Positions 1 through 9,904 of a stretch of 64,000 nucleotides of DNA are shown piece by piece. The stretch lies in contig CAWFAD010000008.1 in the NCBI GenBank assembly GCA_963813815.1, forward strand, positions 32,001 to 96,000, written 5' to 3'. A program made the position numbers and the translations under genes. The number at the start of each line of letters is the position of its first letter. Within the stretch, counting starts at the first letter, position 1. Below the pieces are notes generated by a model. The model was not told the DNA's origin. It made no database searches and saw only the letters and a program-made list of their open reading frames with translations. The DNA is from an uncultured bacterium. Its GTDB lineage: Bacteria; Krumholzibacteriota; Krumholzibacteriia; Krumholzibacteriales; Krumholzibacteriaceae.

Positions 1-999
1 GACAGCCTTCCTTACAATCCGCTCTGGACGGCCCGCATCTATCTGACTGCTCCCGGCTCCGCTCCCTCTTCGGGCGACCCGAACGTCTGCGAGACGGGAA
101 CGCTGCAGGATCCGAATCAGCCGTATCTCGAGTACAGCGCGGCGGACGGCACGGATGGCGTGCTCACCGTTATGCATAAATGGCGCGACGTCGACGGCGA
201 CAACGTCAGGGACGCGAACGAGGTCGTCCGATGGGATCCGCTGCAGATGCCGCCGGAAAACCTGACCTGGGGATTCCCCGTCGAGGTCGTCACGGTGAGG
301 GGATACCTCGGAGACGCCCAGCGGACCATCGAAGCGGAGGTCACGAAGCGCACGATCATAGCCCGCACCCTTGGCGCGGTCTTCTGCAACAATCCGCTCT
401 GGCTCACGGGAAACGTCGACTTCTGCGGCTACAACCACAGCATCACGACGCCGGCCGGCCTCGTCCCGCCGGCGTGCTACCCATACCACCTCGCCTCGGG
501 CCACTTGCCCGGCGGGGCGACGACGGGCGACGACATTCACATACAGGGAGGCGTGAACGTGGTCGGCAGCCCAGCCCCCACCAACACCTCCGCGTCGAAT
601 CCGTGGTACTCGCTCGCCGAGGTGCTCGGCCTCGACCAGAGCGAGGTCGACGCCATACTCGCGGACGCGGATAACACCTCGCTCGTGAACCCGCTGAACG
701 GCATCACCTATATCAACGGCGATCTGAACGTCACCTCCAACCTGACCGGAGAGGGCCTGCTCTATGTGACGGGAGCCCTCAAGGGAGCGGGCGCCTTCGC
801 GTACAGAGGATTGGTTTACGTCGAGGGCGATTTCATGTTGAGCGGAGATCCGTGGATACTCGGCAGCCTGGTCGTGAACGGCACGGCCAACTTCGATTTC
901 AACTCCGGAAACGCGGCCGTGCTCTACAGCAAGGACGCGCTCTCGACCTATCTCTCCCGGCCCATGCCGTGCATCGTTCTCTCGTGGAGCGAAAAGTAG
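1..999 (+). CDS. Partial (5'-truncated) exported protein, PilX-like/beta-helix C-terminal region
   Basis: Frame is open from base 1 to TAG at 999. C-terminal G-x-L-Y-V-x-G repeats (GITYINGDL, GLLYVTGAL, GLVYVEGDF) resemble pilus-assembly PilX-type proteins. Confidence 0.5.
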   Translation, partial: DSLPYNPLWTARIYLTAPGSAPSSGDPNVCETGTLQDPNQPYLEYSAADGTDGVLTVMHKWRDVDGDNVRDANEVVRWDPLQMPPENLTWGFPVEVVTVRGYLGDAQRTIEAEVTKRTIIARTLGAVFCNNPLWLTGNVDFCGYNHSITTPAGLVPPACYPYHLASGHLPGGATTGDDIHIQGGVNVVGSPAPTNTSASNPWYSLAEVLGLDQSEVDAILADADNTSLVNPLNGITYINGDLNVTSNLTGEGLLYVTGALKGAGAFAYRGLVYVEGDFMLSGDPWILGSLVVNGTANFDFNSGNAAVLYSKDALSTYLSRPMPCIVLSWSEK

Positions 1000-1036
1000 C
1001 GGCGAGCAACCCCGCGGCGATAGACGAATGCGAGCG

Positions 1037-1070
1037 CGAGCCCGGCCCCGCGAGGGGCCGGGCTCGTTTT
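1037..1070 (+). terminator. Intrinsic terminator between convergent genes
   Basis: 13-bp stem CGAGCCCGGCCCC-gcga-GGGGCCGGGCTCG followed by TTTT. Confidence 0.8.
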
Positions 1071-1077
1071 CCATCTA

Positions 1078-3804
1078 CTACTTCATTCCGACGAGCTCCA
1101 TCTTCGCCGTGCCGCCTCCGGAGGAGGCCGGCAGGACGTAATCCGCGCGAACCATCACGCGGGGCTCTTTCGCGCTCATGAACGCGGTCGTCGCGCCTTC
1201 GTCGCCGACCGACACGAGCTCGACCCTGAAGCATTCGAACGTTCCGGCCGGCACGGTGACGCTTTCGATCCCGGGCACCGAGAGCTTCATCGCGCGCGAG
1301 CTCGCCATCTGAAAATCGAACACGCGGATCGCCGCCGCGTACCCGGGCGCGAGCGGGAGCGCCCCGAGAAGCGTCTCGAGCGACGATCCGTCGCCGAAAA
1401 CGGGCGCCGCGAGCTCGGCGTTGATGGGCATCTCGTTCCCGCCGAATTTCAGGGCTCCCTTGACGGACGACTCGGCGAAGTCGAGCCGCACCGACGCGGG
1501 TCCCTGCACGCCGACCCAGCTGATCGGCGCGAGCGTTCGGAGATCCAGGTCGAAGGTGTCGACCGCGGAGCCCTGGGACGATTTCTGCTCGGAGGTGACG
1601 CGCCAGATCTCGACGCCGCCGGAAACGGCCTTCGCGAGGCCGCGGGCGAGCTCGAACGCGATGCCGTTTCCTCCGACCTTCGCCTCGCCCCGGTACGAGA
1701 GCGACACGGGCCGGAGAAGCGAGCCGTCGCAGCGGGGCAGCGGCGCGGTCGTCGCGTCATCGGCGCCGGCGGGAGAGGCGACGAGCTTCACCGTCGCGAC
1801 GTCGACCGTGATGCCGTCGAGCTTTTGCCTGATATTATCGGGCATATCCTCCTGAAGGCGTCCGCCGATGTGCTTCGCGAGGAAGCGCTCCGCCGCGGCG
1901 TAAAAGGCGATGCGGTTCTCGGCGCCACGGAAGCCGTGTCCCTCGTCGGGCGCCACGATGTACTCGACGTGCCGCCCGAGGTCGCGGAGCTTCACGACGA
2001 TCTGGTCGGATTCCGCCTTCTTCACGCGCGGGTCGTTCGCGCCCTGCACGACGAGAAGCGGCGCCACGATCCTGTCGGCCGAGTAGAGGGGCGACTGGCG
2101 CTTGAGCCGCTCGGCGTCCTCCGGCTTATTGGGATCGCCGACGTGCTCGTTGAAGAGGTTGCGCATCACTTCCCAGTACGGAGGAATGGAGCTGAGGAGC
2201 GTGAGCAGACTCGAGGGGCCGACGTACGATATGCCGGCCGCGTAGAGATCCGGCGTGAAGGCGAGTCCCGCGAGCGTCGCGTAGCCGCCGTAGGATCCGC
2301 CGTAGATCACGACCTGCTTCGGATCGGCGATGCCCTCCTCGATGAGGTAGGCCCTGCCGTCGGTGAGGTCGTTCTGCATCGCGTCTCCCCACTGCTTCTT
2401 CCCCGCGTTGAGAAACGCCTTGCCGTAGCCCGTGGAGGCCCGGAAGTTCGGCTGGAACACGGCGTAGCCGCGGTTCGCGAAGAACTGCGCCTCGGAATCG
2501 TACCCCCACTGATCGCGGAACCAGGGGCCGCCGTGGGGCAGGATGATGACGGGAAGGTTCTTCGCCTTCACGCCCTTGGGGACGGTGAGATAGGCGTGAA
2601 TCTTGAGACCGTCGCGGGCCGTGTAGACGACCGGCTTCATGGGAGCGAGATCCTTCACCGGCAGCTTCGGGCGGGGACGGTAGAGAAAGGTGACGGCGCC
2701 CGACTCGACGTCCCAGAGATACGTCGCGCCCGGATCGACGTCGCTCGTCACGCCCACGATCCAGTACCGCTCGTCCGCCGTCCGGGAGCCGACGTAGAGA
2801 TCCCCGCCGGGGACTTTCTTCCGCAGGTTCCGGTAGCGTTTCTCCCAGACCTTGTCCTTGAAATAGATCCTGAGACGATCTCCGAGATAGGAGGTCGCGA
2901 CGATCTCGTCGGTGACCTCGGAAAACACCACGCCGCCGAGATCGACCTCGTTCTCGGGATCCGACTCAACGGGCTCCAACGCGCCCGTCGAGGGATCGAA
3001 CAGCAGGAGCCGGGAGAGATCCACGTCGGGACCCATGTTGGAGTCGAGGTAGATGCGCCTTCCGTCCTTGTGAAACTCGAGCGGCCCGATGTTCTCTTCT
3101 CCGGTGCAGGCGAGCACGCTCATCATCGTGTCGGCGTCGACGCGGAATATCTCCGTGCCGCCGTCTTTCGTCTCCTTCGTCGCGAGGCGGAGAGCTCCGT
3201 CCCGGTCGAATACCCATCCCGACATTCCCTGCTCGTTCACGCGGACGAGCTCCCGCTCGCCGGTCGCGATATCGAGCCGGTAGACGTCATGGTAGCGTTC
3301 GTCGCGGTCGTTGAGCCCGACGTACATGACGCCGGGGCTCTTCCGCGGGAGCGAGTAGATCTGCGCGGCGACCTTCGGAACGGGCGTGAGATCCCGGGCC
3401 GGCGGAACTCCGAGATCGCCCTCGGGCTTCGCCGCGGGATCGACCGCGTACACGTGCCAGTTCTCGTCGCCGCCCTTGTCCTGAACGTAGAGGATGAACT
3501 TCGAGTCCCTGCTCCAGAAATACCCGGTGACCGGCCGGGTCGTATCGGCGGTCACCGGACGCGCCGCTTCGAAGGGCTCTCCGATCCCCTTGACCCATAT
3601 GTTGAGAATGTCGCGGTACGGTTTGAGGAACGAGATGCGCGCTCCGTCGGGGGAGATTTGCGCCCCCGCGAACTCGGGATTCCCGAAGATCACCTCGCGG
3701 TCGATGATCGGGGGAAGCTTCGAGAGATACGCCTTGTCGATGGCCGACGACGCGCCGGTCGCGAGAAACGCGACGAGCGCGAGCGTCGAAAGAATGCGCC
3801 TCAT
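1078..3804 (-). CDS. S9 family (prolyl oligopeptidase/acylaminoacyl peptidase-like) secreted peptidase with extra C-terminal domain
   Basis: Signal peptide [21 protein letters not shown] after an AGGAGG RBS; HGGPW, GGSYGG nucleophile, GANDPRV and DEGHGF motifs. Confidence 0.9.
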   Translation of the reverse strand: MRRILSTLALVAFLATGASSAIDKAYLSKLPPIIDREVIFGNPEFAGAQISPDGARISFLKPYRDILNIWVKGIGEPFEAARPVTADTTRPVTGYFWSRDSKFILYVQDKGGDENWHVYAVDPAAKPEGDLGVPPARDLTPVPKVAAQIYSLPRKSPGVMYVGLNDRDERYHDVYRLDIATGERELVRVNEQGMSGWVFDRDGALRLATKETKDGGTEIFRVDADTMMSVLACTGEENIGPLEFHKDGRRIYLDSNMGPDVDLSRLLLFDPSTGALEPVESDPENEVDLGGVVFSEVTDEIVATSYLGDRLRIYFKDKVWEKRYRNLRKKVPGGDLYVGSRTADERYWIVGVTSDVDPGATYLWDVESGAVTFLYRPRPKLPVKDLAPMKPVVYTARDGLKIHAYLTVPKGVKAKNLPVIILPHGGPWFRDQWGYDSEAQFFANRGYAVFQPNFRASTGYGKAFLNAGKKQWGDAMQNDLTDGRAYLIEEGIADPKQVVIYGGSYGGYATLAGLAFTPDLYAAGISYVGPSSLLTLLSSIPPYWEVMRNLFNEHVGDPNKPEDAERLKRQSPLYSADRIVAPLLVVQGANDPRVKKAESDQIVVKLRDLGRHVEYIVAPDEGHGFRGAENRIAFYAAAERFLAKHIGGRLQEDMPDNIRQKLDGITVDVATVKLVASPAGADDATTAPLPRCDGSLLRPVSLSYRGEAKVGGNGIAFELARGLAKAVSGGVEIWRVTSEQKSSQGSAVDTFDLDLRTLAPISWVGVQGPASVRLDFAESSVKGALKFGGNEMPINAELAAPVFGDGSSLETLLGALPLAPGYAAAIRVFDFQMASSRAMKLSVPGIESVTVPAGTFECFRVELVSVGDEGATTAFMSAKEPRVMVRADYVLPASSGGGTAKMELVGMK

Positions 3805-3966
3805 GGGGACCTCCTCCTTTTGAATAACGCGAATTTTGATTCTAGTACCGCGCCGAATTCGAGGCAAGCCAAAGAATAACGAGCGGCGTCGGGCCTCCCC
3901 CGGGAGAGCGGCGAGGCGGATAATTGAAGGTTGCGCCCGGCGCGTAACCTGTTATATCGTCGGAGC

Positions 3967-5493
3967 ATGAAACATAAATACCTCTACCTCGCAATCTCGG
4001 TGAGCGGGGCCTCCGTACTCGCCATCGAGATTCTCGGCACGAGAATTCTCGGTCCCTTTTACGGAGTGAGTCTCTTCCTCTGGTCGGCGCTCATCACGGT
4101 GACGCTCGCGGCGCTCGCGGCCGGATACGCCCTCGGAGGCCGATGGGCGGACCGCGGAGCGACGATGGCGAGGCTGTGCATCTTGCTCGCCGTCGCCGGC
4201 GTCTGGCTCATCGCCGTCCCGTGGATCAGGGATCCCCTGCTTCACGCAACGGAGCGGGCGGGTCTTCGCTCGGCCGTTCTTCTCTCGGCGCTCGTTCTCT
4301 TTTTTCCGCCGCTCTTGCTGCTCGGAATGGTGACCCCATACGCCGTGAAGCTCCGCACGGCGAGCCTGAGCGAGGTCGGCCGCTCGGCAGGCAACCTCTA
4401 CGCGATCTCGACCCTGGCGAGCGTCGCGGCCGCGCTCGCGACGGGGTTCTTTCTCATCCCGCATTTCGGCGTCCGGCGTCTCACGCTCGCCGTCGGGGCG
4501 ATTCTCGTGGCGACGGCGCTTCCCGGGCTCGTCGGCCGCCGCTCCTCGGCGGCGGCGCGTTCCGCCGCCGCTCTCGTGCTCGTCGCGGCGGCGCTCTTCG
4601 CAGCTCGACTCGACGAAAACGCGGCCGCCCCCGAGGAGGGCCTCGTCTTCAAGACCCAAAGCGTCTACGGCGAGATCCGCGTCGTCGACGATCAGGAGAT
4701 CCGCTACCTCCTCATCGACGGCGGCATTCACACGGCGGTCGACACGTCGTTCTATTTCAACACGATCATGCAATACGCGAACGTCGTCGACCTCGCGAGA
4801 CTCTACTTCGACCGGCCGGGAAAGCTCCTCCTCGTGGGGCTCGGCGGAGGCTCGATCGCGAGGAGCTACACGCGCTCGGGATGGACGGTCGACGCGGTCG
4901 AGATCGATCCGGTCGTCGTCCGGACCGCGACGGACTATTTCGACCTTCGCCCGTCGCACGCGCGCATCTTTACGATGGACGGCCGGCGCTTTCTTTCGTC
5001 CCGCGCCGAGACCTATGAAGTGATCGTGATGGACGCATACGGATCGAGCTCCATCCCCTTTCACCTCGTGACGAAGGAGGCCTTCGCCGTCGCCGCCGGG
5101 CGGCTCGCCGACGACGGCGTGATGGTTCTCAACGTCCAGTCGGTGGGATGGAAGAGCGGGCTCGTCCGCTCCCTCGCGGCGACCCTCGAGACGGCGTTTC
5201 CGAACGTCGTCGTTATGCCCGTCATAGAGCCGCCGAACAAGGTCGGGAACGTGCTGCTATTCGCCTCGCGTCGATCCCTCGATCTCGCCGAGGCTCCTCC
5301 CGTGCCGATCGATCGCTTCGACGCCGATTACGACCGCCGGCACGCCTGGGACAACCGCTTCACACCCGTGACGACGGGGGTCCCCATTCTCACCGACGAC
5401 CGCAACCACGTCGACATCTGGAGCGAGGCCGTCAACATCGCCGAGCGCGACGAGCTGCACTCTCGTTTTGTGAAGCGGGATGTGAGCTGGTAG
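3967..5493 (+). CDS. Fused membrane domain/spermidine synthase-like SAM-dependent transferase
   Basis: N-terminal multi-TM region (EILGTRILGPFYG); C-terminal LLVGLGGG, VEIDPVV, DGRRFL, MDAY and LTDDRN motifs. Confidence 0.85.
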   Translation: MKHKYLYLAISVSGASVLAIEILGTRILGPFYGVSLFLWSALITVTLAALAAGYALGGRWADRGATMARLCILLAVAGVWLIAVPWIRDPLLHATERAGLRSAVLLSALVLFFPPLLLLGMVTPYAVKLRTASLSEVGRSAGNLYAISTLASVAAALATGFFLIPHFGVRRLTLAVGAILVATALPGLVGRRSSAAARSAAALVLVAAALFAARLDENAAAPEEGLVFKTQSVYGEIRVVDDQEIRYLLIDGGIHTAVDTSFYFNTIMQYANVVDLARLYFDRPGKLLLVGLGGGSIARSYTRSGWTVDAVEIDPVVVRTATDYFDLRPSHARIFTMDGRRFLSSRAETYEVIVMDAYGSSSIPFHLVTKEAFAVAAGRLADDGVMVLNVQSVGWKSGLVRSLAATLETAFPNVVVMPVIEPPNKVGNVLLFASRRSLDLAEAPPVPIDRFDADYDRRHAWDNRFTPVTTGVPILTDDRNHVDIWSEAVNIAERDELHSRFVKRDVSW

Positions 5494-5497
5494 GCGG

Positions 5498-5722
5498 TCA
5501 GTCCCGGTCCAACGCGCGGACTTCCCCTATTTCCTCAATCCGTACGCGATGCCCTTCGAGCTCGCCGGGCACGAGCTTCTCGTGCTGGCCGGTTTTCTTC
5601 TCGACGAAAACGAGGATGCAGGGCGTGCCGTTCTCGAGCGCGCCGACGCCGACGCCGACGACGCCGGGGATCGCCATGAGGCGATCGACGTGATCGTTCA
5701 TGACGGCCGAAATATCCCTCAT
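5498..5722 (-). CDS. Small protein resembling the N-terminal pro-region of the adjacent protease
   Basis: GGAGG RBS upstream; aligns by eye with the MEDPEVVGTGTG...VPKTLDGVPV...GEIKAF segment of the 5823-6923 protein. Confidence 0.7.
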   Translation of the reverse strand: MRDISAVMNDHVDRLMAIPGVVGVGVGALENGTPCILVFVEKKTGQHEKLVPGELEGHRVRIEEIGEVRALDRD

Positions 5723-5743
5723 CGATTCGCCTCCCGAAGAAGA

Positions 5744-5778
5744 CGACGCCCGCCCCGGAGAACCGGGGCGGGCGTCTT
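5744..5778 (-). terminator. GC-rich hairpin after the protease gene
   Basis: GACGCCCGCCCCGG-agaa-CCGGGGCGGGCGTC; on the minus strand followed by GTCTTCTT (weak U tract). Confidence 0.55.
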
Positions 5779-5822
5779 ACGCTGGCATCGAGCCTTGGAA
5801 TCCGTGAGATTCCAGCTCTCGA

Positions 5823-6923
5823 TTAGATACCGACCATCGTCGCCCCGTGATAGCTGAGCACGGGAGCGATCGGATTGGCGATGGCGCTCGAAGTGCTGCC
5901 CGCGAAGAGGAGTCCCACCGCGCGGGGATTCGTCGCGACATCCTCGACCAGCAGCGAGCCCGAGTCGCCGCCAGCGAGGAACGCGCTGCGTTTCTGGTAC
6001 ACCATAACCTGGCCGGTGTAGCTCCGGGTGAACGCGACGCCGTTGCACTCGTCCTCGTAGCCTACGTTGACCGCCACGTTGATCGCGCTCACGTAGCTCC
6101 GGGTGAGACCCGACGTGCGTCCGCTCTTCTTGACGAGGAGCCCGACGTAAGCCTCGAGCGTCGCCGACGAGAGCACGCCGATCTCATAGATCGAGCCGTC
6201 GGTCCGCACCATGCCGGGGATGACCTGGGCAATGGCGCAGTCGACGTTGTGGCTCGTCGGATAGTAGCTCGAAAGGCTCGAGAGATTCGCCACGAAATCG
6301 GCCGAGAGCTTCTGGCAGCTCACATCGATGAGACCCGGCTGGTTGATGGGGTCGCCGAGGACCGCCACGTCCGGATCCCCCGAGCTCGCCGCGACGTCGC
6401 CGCAGAACACGTGCGAGTTGCTGAGGATGTACTGGACTCCGCCCTTCTGAACGAGGGCGCCGAGCGTGCCGCTGCAGCAGTAGTTGTTCGCGAGGTCGTT
6501 GGCGTTGCCGCCGGAGACCCCGAGCTCGATCGGACGCGGCATGCGGGCGGTGTGCGGCGTGGTCGTCGTCTTGAACGCTTTGATCTCGCCCGTGACGAAG
6601 GGCACGACCGGCACGCCGTCGAGCGTCTTGGGAACTCTCACTTTTCCGGCTTCGGATTTGAGGAACACCATGACGGCCGGCTTTCCATCAGCCGTGAGAC
6701 CGGTGCCCGTCCCAACGACTTCAGGATCCTCCATAAGGGCCGGCGTATGCTTGTTCTGGACCGCCATGACCGCGAGGGCCTCGGGACTCGCCGCCGAGAG
6801 AGTGACTCCCGTCTGATCCGACACTGGAGAAGCTGGTGTCTCCTCCTTGTCGGAGCAGCCGACTAGGCCCACGAAGGCCACGACAGCGATGGCGAGAATC
6901 GCAAGCCGTGAATAACGCTTCAT
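5823..6923 (-). CDS. Trypsin-like (PA clan) serine protease lipoprotein
   Basis: Lipobox LVGC after MKRYS; catalytic triad motifs LSNSHV, VDCAIA and GDSGS. Confidence 0.85.
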   Translation of the reverse strand: MKRYSRLAILAIAVVAFVGLVGCSDKEETPASPVSDQTGVTLSAASPEALAVMAVQNKHTPALMEDPEVVGTGTGLTADGKPAVMVFLKSEAGKVRVPKTLDGVPVVPFVTGEIKAFKTTTTPHTARMPRPIELGVSGGNANDLANNYCCSGTLGALVQKGGVQYILSNSHVFCGDVAASSGDPDVAVLGDPINQPGLIDVSCQKLSADFVANLSSLSSYYPTSHNVDCAIAQVIPGMVRTDGSIYEIGVLSSATLEAYVGLLVKKSGRTSGLTRSYVSAINVAVNVGYEDECNGVAFTRSYTGQVMVYQKRSAFLAGGDSGSLLVEDVATNPRAVGLLFAGSTSSAIANPIAPVLSYHGATMVGI

Positions 6924-7097
6924 GGAAACCTCCTGTGCTGAAGGGGATGAAATGGATTTATAAAGTAGATTGTCCTCCCCGCGGTTTGCGGAGTCAATAG
7001 CATTTTTTGGCCGTTCCGCCGGGGCCCGCCGGCGCGATAACCTTTGCAAAACGCCGAAATCGGGGTATATTATCTATGGTCTCACCGAGGCCTCTGT

Positions 7098-7455
7098 GGG
7101 GGCGAATGGATTCGACGGGGATGGAAGAGGCAAGGGGAGCGTGCCGAGGCGCCATCAACCTCGTAAATCAGGTGGCACAACACAACTGCCGACAACCAGT
7201 TGGCACTGGCTGCCTAGTACATAGGCAACCCGTCCGCTCCGTCTGCGCAGGCAGGGGCGGAACCCGGGCGTCGATTACTGCCGGCTAGCGTGAATCTTTG
7301 CTCAGGAGATTCACGCGAAACAAACATGAGCTAGTCTCTCGGATCTTCTGCCTGTCGAGGCTCCCCGGGACGAAACAAACTCGATAGGACACGCACGTAG
7401 CAGCCCCTCGCGGAAACATCTTCGGACGCGGGTTCGATTCCCGCCGCCTCCACCA
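7098..7455 (+). ncRNA. ssrA: tmRNA
   Basis: 5' GGGGGCGAATGGATTCGAC; 3' GGTTCGATTCCCGCCGCCTCCACCA; tag ORF (A)ADNQLALAA-stop at 7188-7217. Confidence 0.97.
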
Positions 7456-7493
7456 TTATCAAGTTGGCACGCCACGCGCGGCGCCTCGGAAAT

Positions 7494-8672
7494 CTAGTGA
7501 AGTGTCCCCTCCAGCAGAAGATCGTCGACGTTTGTTGATTCGAGAAGTCTGAGCCCCTTCTCGCGGTCGACGACGAGCGGCATACAGCCGGGATAGCGCA
7601 GCTTGAATTGTTCCAACCCCCGAAGAGTTCTCGAAGCGCTCGACTTTGCCTCGATCGCGTATATCTTCCCTCTCAGCTCAACGACAAAGTCGACCTCGAA
7701 CTTCCCTTCTCGCCAGTAATGAACCCTTCCGCTGGAACGCAACAACGCCGCGCCGACGGCCGCCTCGAAAATCCGGCCATACCACTGAGGATTTGCGTCG
7801 ACCTCTTCGGGCGATCGGAAGGCATGTACCAGAGCGTTGTTCAGCGGCAAGAGTTTCGGGCTGGAAGCCCGCGTCCTCACTTCCGAGCCGCTGTATTTGT
7901 GAAGTGTGCGAATGAGGAATGCCCCCTGCAACAGATCCAGGTAGTGCTTGATCGTGTTCACATTCCCGGTTTCCTGAAGTTGGCCCAGGAGTTTCTGGAG
8001 TGACACCTCCTGGGCTGGATATGCCATCGCAAGCTCGAACATCTGGCGGAAGAGCGCCGGCTTCTGGACTGAACTGAGGCCCAGTATGTCTTTGATGAGC
8101 ACGGGTTCAATAATCGAGTCCCGCAGATACTTCTGCCATCTCGGAACGTCGTGACACAACGATGCGGCTGCCGGATATCCGCCGAACTTCAGGAACTCGT
8201 CGAGTCCCCATCCAAAAGCCTCCCTGCACTCGCCGAGATTCCAATGATCGGCAGTGATGACCTCGTATCTCCCGGCCAAGCTTTCACCGAGTCCCCGCTG
8301 AAGGGACAGGCTGGCTGATCCCAACAAGACGACTTTGAGTCTCTTGGACTCGCGGTCCTGATCGAACATGTGCTTGATAACCGAGCTCCAGTGGGGAATC
8401 TTCTGAACTTCATCGATCACGAGAAGGACGCCATCGCCCATTCGCCTGGCCCTTTCCCAATGCGCCGTGAGCCACTCCCTGTCGGGAGTAACGATCTCAT
8501 CCGCCGTGACCATAAGCGAGGGGCCCTCCCAACGTGCGATAATTTGCTGGAGCCCCGTGGTTTTACCGACTTGCCTCGGGCCGATGACCACCTGGATGAA
8601 ATTGAGCTGCTCGCGCAGCCGGGATGCCAATAGTCGAGTGAAATGCCGTTCAATTTCCTTCATAGTGGCCAT
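7494..8672 (-). CDS. AAA+ ATP-binding protein (AAA_14/DUF4143 type) with C-terminal PD-(D/E)xK-like motif
   Basis: Walker A GPRQVGKTT, Walker B IDEVQK, LAGR, GGYP, C-terminal EVDFV...AIEAK. Confidence 0.9.
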   Translation of the reverse strand: MATMKEIERHFTRLLASRLREQLNFIQVVIGPRQVGKTTGLQQIIARWEGPSLMVTADEIVTPDREWLTAHWERARRMGDGVLLVIDEVQKIPHWSSVIKHMFDQDRESKRLKVVLLGSASLSLQRGLGESLAGRYEVITADHWNLGECREAFGWGLDEFLKFGGYPAAASLCHDVPRWQKYLRDSIIEPVLIKDILGLSSVQKPALFRQMFELAMAYPAQEVSLQKLLGQLQETGNVNTIKHYLDLLQGAFLIRTLHKYSGSEVRTRASSPKLLPLNNALVHAFRSPEEVDANPQWYGRIFEAAVGAALLRSSGRVHYWREGKFEVDFVVELRGKIYAIEAKSSASRTLRGLEQFKLRYPGCMPLVVDREKGLRLLESTNVDDLLLEGTLH

Positions 8673-8819
8673 AGCATATTCATTTTTGGTAGATTTGTCT
8701 AGTATATTTAGGAGAATAATCTACTAAACTTTGAATTATGCCGCAACAAATTGTTATTATATGAGTTATATAATTAGCACTTCTACGGAAAGCGGGCAAA
8801 AACAGGGGTGTCCCTCCGC

Positions 8820-8841
8820 TTCTTTGCAACAGTGTCCACCA
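8820..8841 (+). repeat. att-like site copy 1
   Basis: TTCTTTGCAACAGTGTCCACCA. Confidence 0.75.
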
Positions 8842-8908
8842 TTTTCGAGCATAAGCTTCGATTTCCATGCAACAATGTACACTGTATATCGCATGGCTGG
8901 ACGACAAC

Positions 8909-9235
8909 TCACGAGACGAACCGGAAGGCCCCGAACCAGACGACAAACATGAATCCGAGCACGCAGAGAAATCCGAAGGCTATCAAAGCCGCGATTATCA
9001 CGGTGCGCCGGAACATGAGTCGCTTTGCTTCCATGTAGGTTTCCATTGCATCCTCCTTGTTGAGCGGTACAGGCGCATCTCCCGTCGTTTCCATCTTTGC
9101 GAACTCCTTGGCAAGGTCGGCGGTTTCGGGGTCACTCGCCAGGTACGATTCGACAAGCGCGCGCGTATCCGCGCTCGCCTCGTTGGCCACATAGATGGGT
9201 AGAAGATCGAGAATCACGTTTCGAGTGATCTTCAT
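8909..9235 (-). CDS. Putative membrane anti-sigma factor
   Basis: ITRNVILDLLPIY...ASADTRALVESYL N-terminus (zf-HC2-like but lacking Cys/His) plus a C-terminal TM; directly downstream of an ECF sigma. Confidence 0.75.
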   Translation of the reverse strand: MKITRNVILDLLPIYVANEASADTRALVESYLASDPETADLAKEFAKMETTGDAPVPLNKEDAMETYMEAKRLMFRRTVIIAALIAFGFLCVLGFMFVVWFGAFRFVS

Positions 9236-9236
9236 T

Positions 9237-9722
9237 TCAATACACCTTCCTTTCGATACAGGCCGCAAGGATCATCTTGCGAACGCGATGCACTTTCACT
9301 TTGGCTGATGCGAGTGTGATTTCCAAGACGCGGGCGATCTCCTCGTAAGGCATATCATGCCGCACGCGCAGGACAAAGGCCGCACGATCGATCTCCGGAA
9401 GCGTTCGCAGGAGCCTCTCAACTCTTACCAGCTCGAGCCGGGATTCGGCTCGATCTTCCGGTCCGGCCGCGGGATCCGGCAGCGTCTCATCGAGAGCGAT
9501 CTCGCGCCGGCTCTTGCGCCGCCGTTCAAGAAACGTGTTGCGAGCGATCGTCATGAGATATGCCTTGAGGGTTTCCGTGCGAATGGCGCTTCTCTTCACC
9601 CATGCGCGAACGAACGTTTCGGAAGTGATGTCCTCCGCTTCGGCGCGCTCGCCCGCAAGCGAGAAAGCGAAGCGGTAAACCTCCGGGGCGTAGGACTCGT
9701 ATAGTTCTTGAAAGCGCAGCAT
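9237..9722 (-). CDS. ECF RNA polymerase sigma factor
   Basis: GGAGG RBS; region 2 AEDITSETFVRAW...YLMTIARN; region 4 YEEIARVLEITLASAKVKVHR. Confidence 0.92.
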   Translation of the reverse strand: MLRFQELYESYAPEVYRFAFSLAGERAEAEDITSETFVRAWVKRSAIRTETLKAYLMTIARNTFLERRRKSRREIALDETLPDPAAGPEDRAESRLELVRVERLLRTLPEIDRAAFVLRVRHDMPYEEIARVLEITLASAKVKVHRVRKMILAACIERKVY

Positions 9723-9856
9723 TTTTCTCCTCCGGTGATAATAGACATTTGGAGATGGAAAGTTACAAACAAATGGATGTGACATGAGGAGGGATGCGCT
9801 CACTCCGGAGCCGAGCGACAGAGATGGGGTACGGTACGATAGCGTGCAGGTGGCGT

Positions 9857-9878
9857 TTCTTTGCGAGCGTGTCCACCA
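9857..9878 (+). repeat. att-like site copy 2
   Basis: TTCTTTGCGAGCGTGTCCACCA. Confidence 0.8.
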
Positions 9879-9904
9879 ATTCAAATCAGACGACAACGTC
9901 AGGC

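Noticed and set aside
1825..3879. Long antisense ORFs (also 16206-17615, 54386-56428, 57245-58651, 60944-62911)
   Set aside because: Shadow frames of well-supported opposite-strand genes, expected in high-GC DNA.
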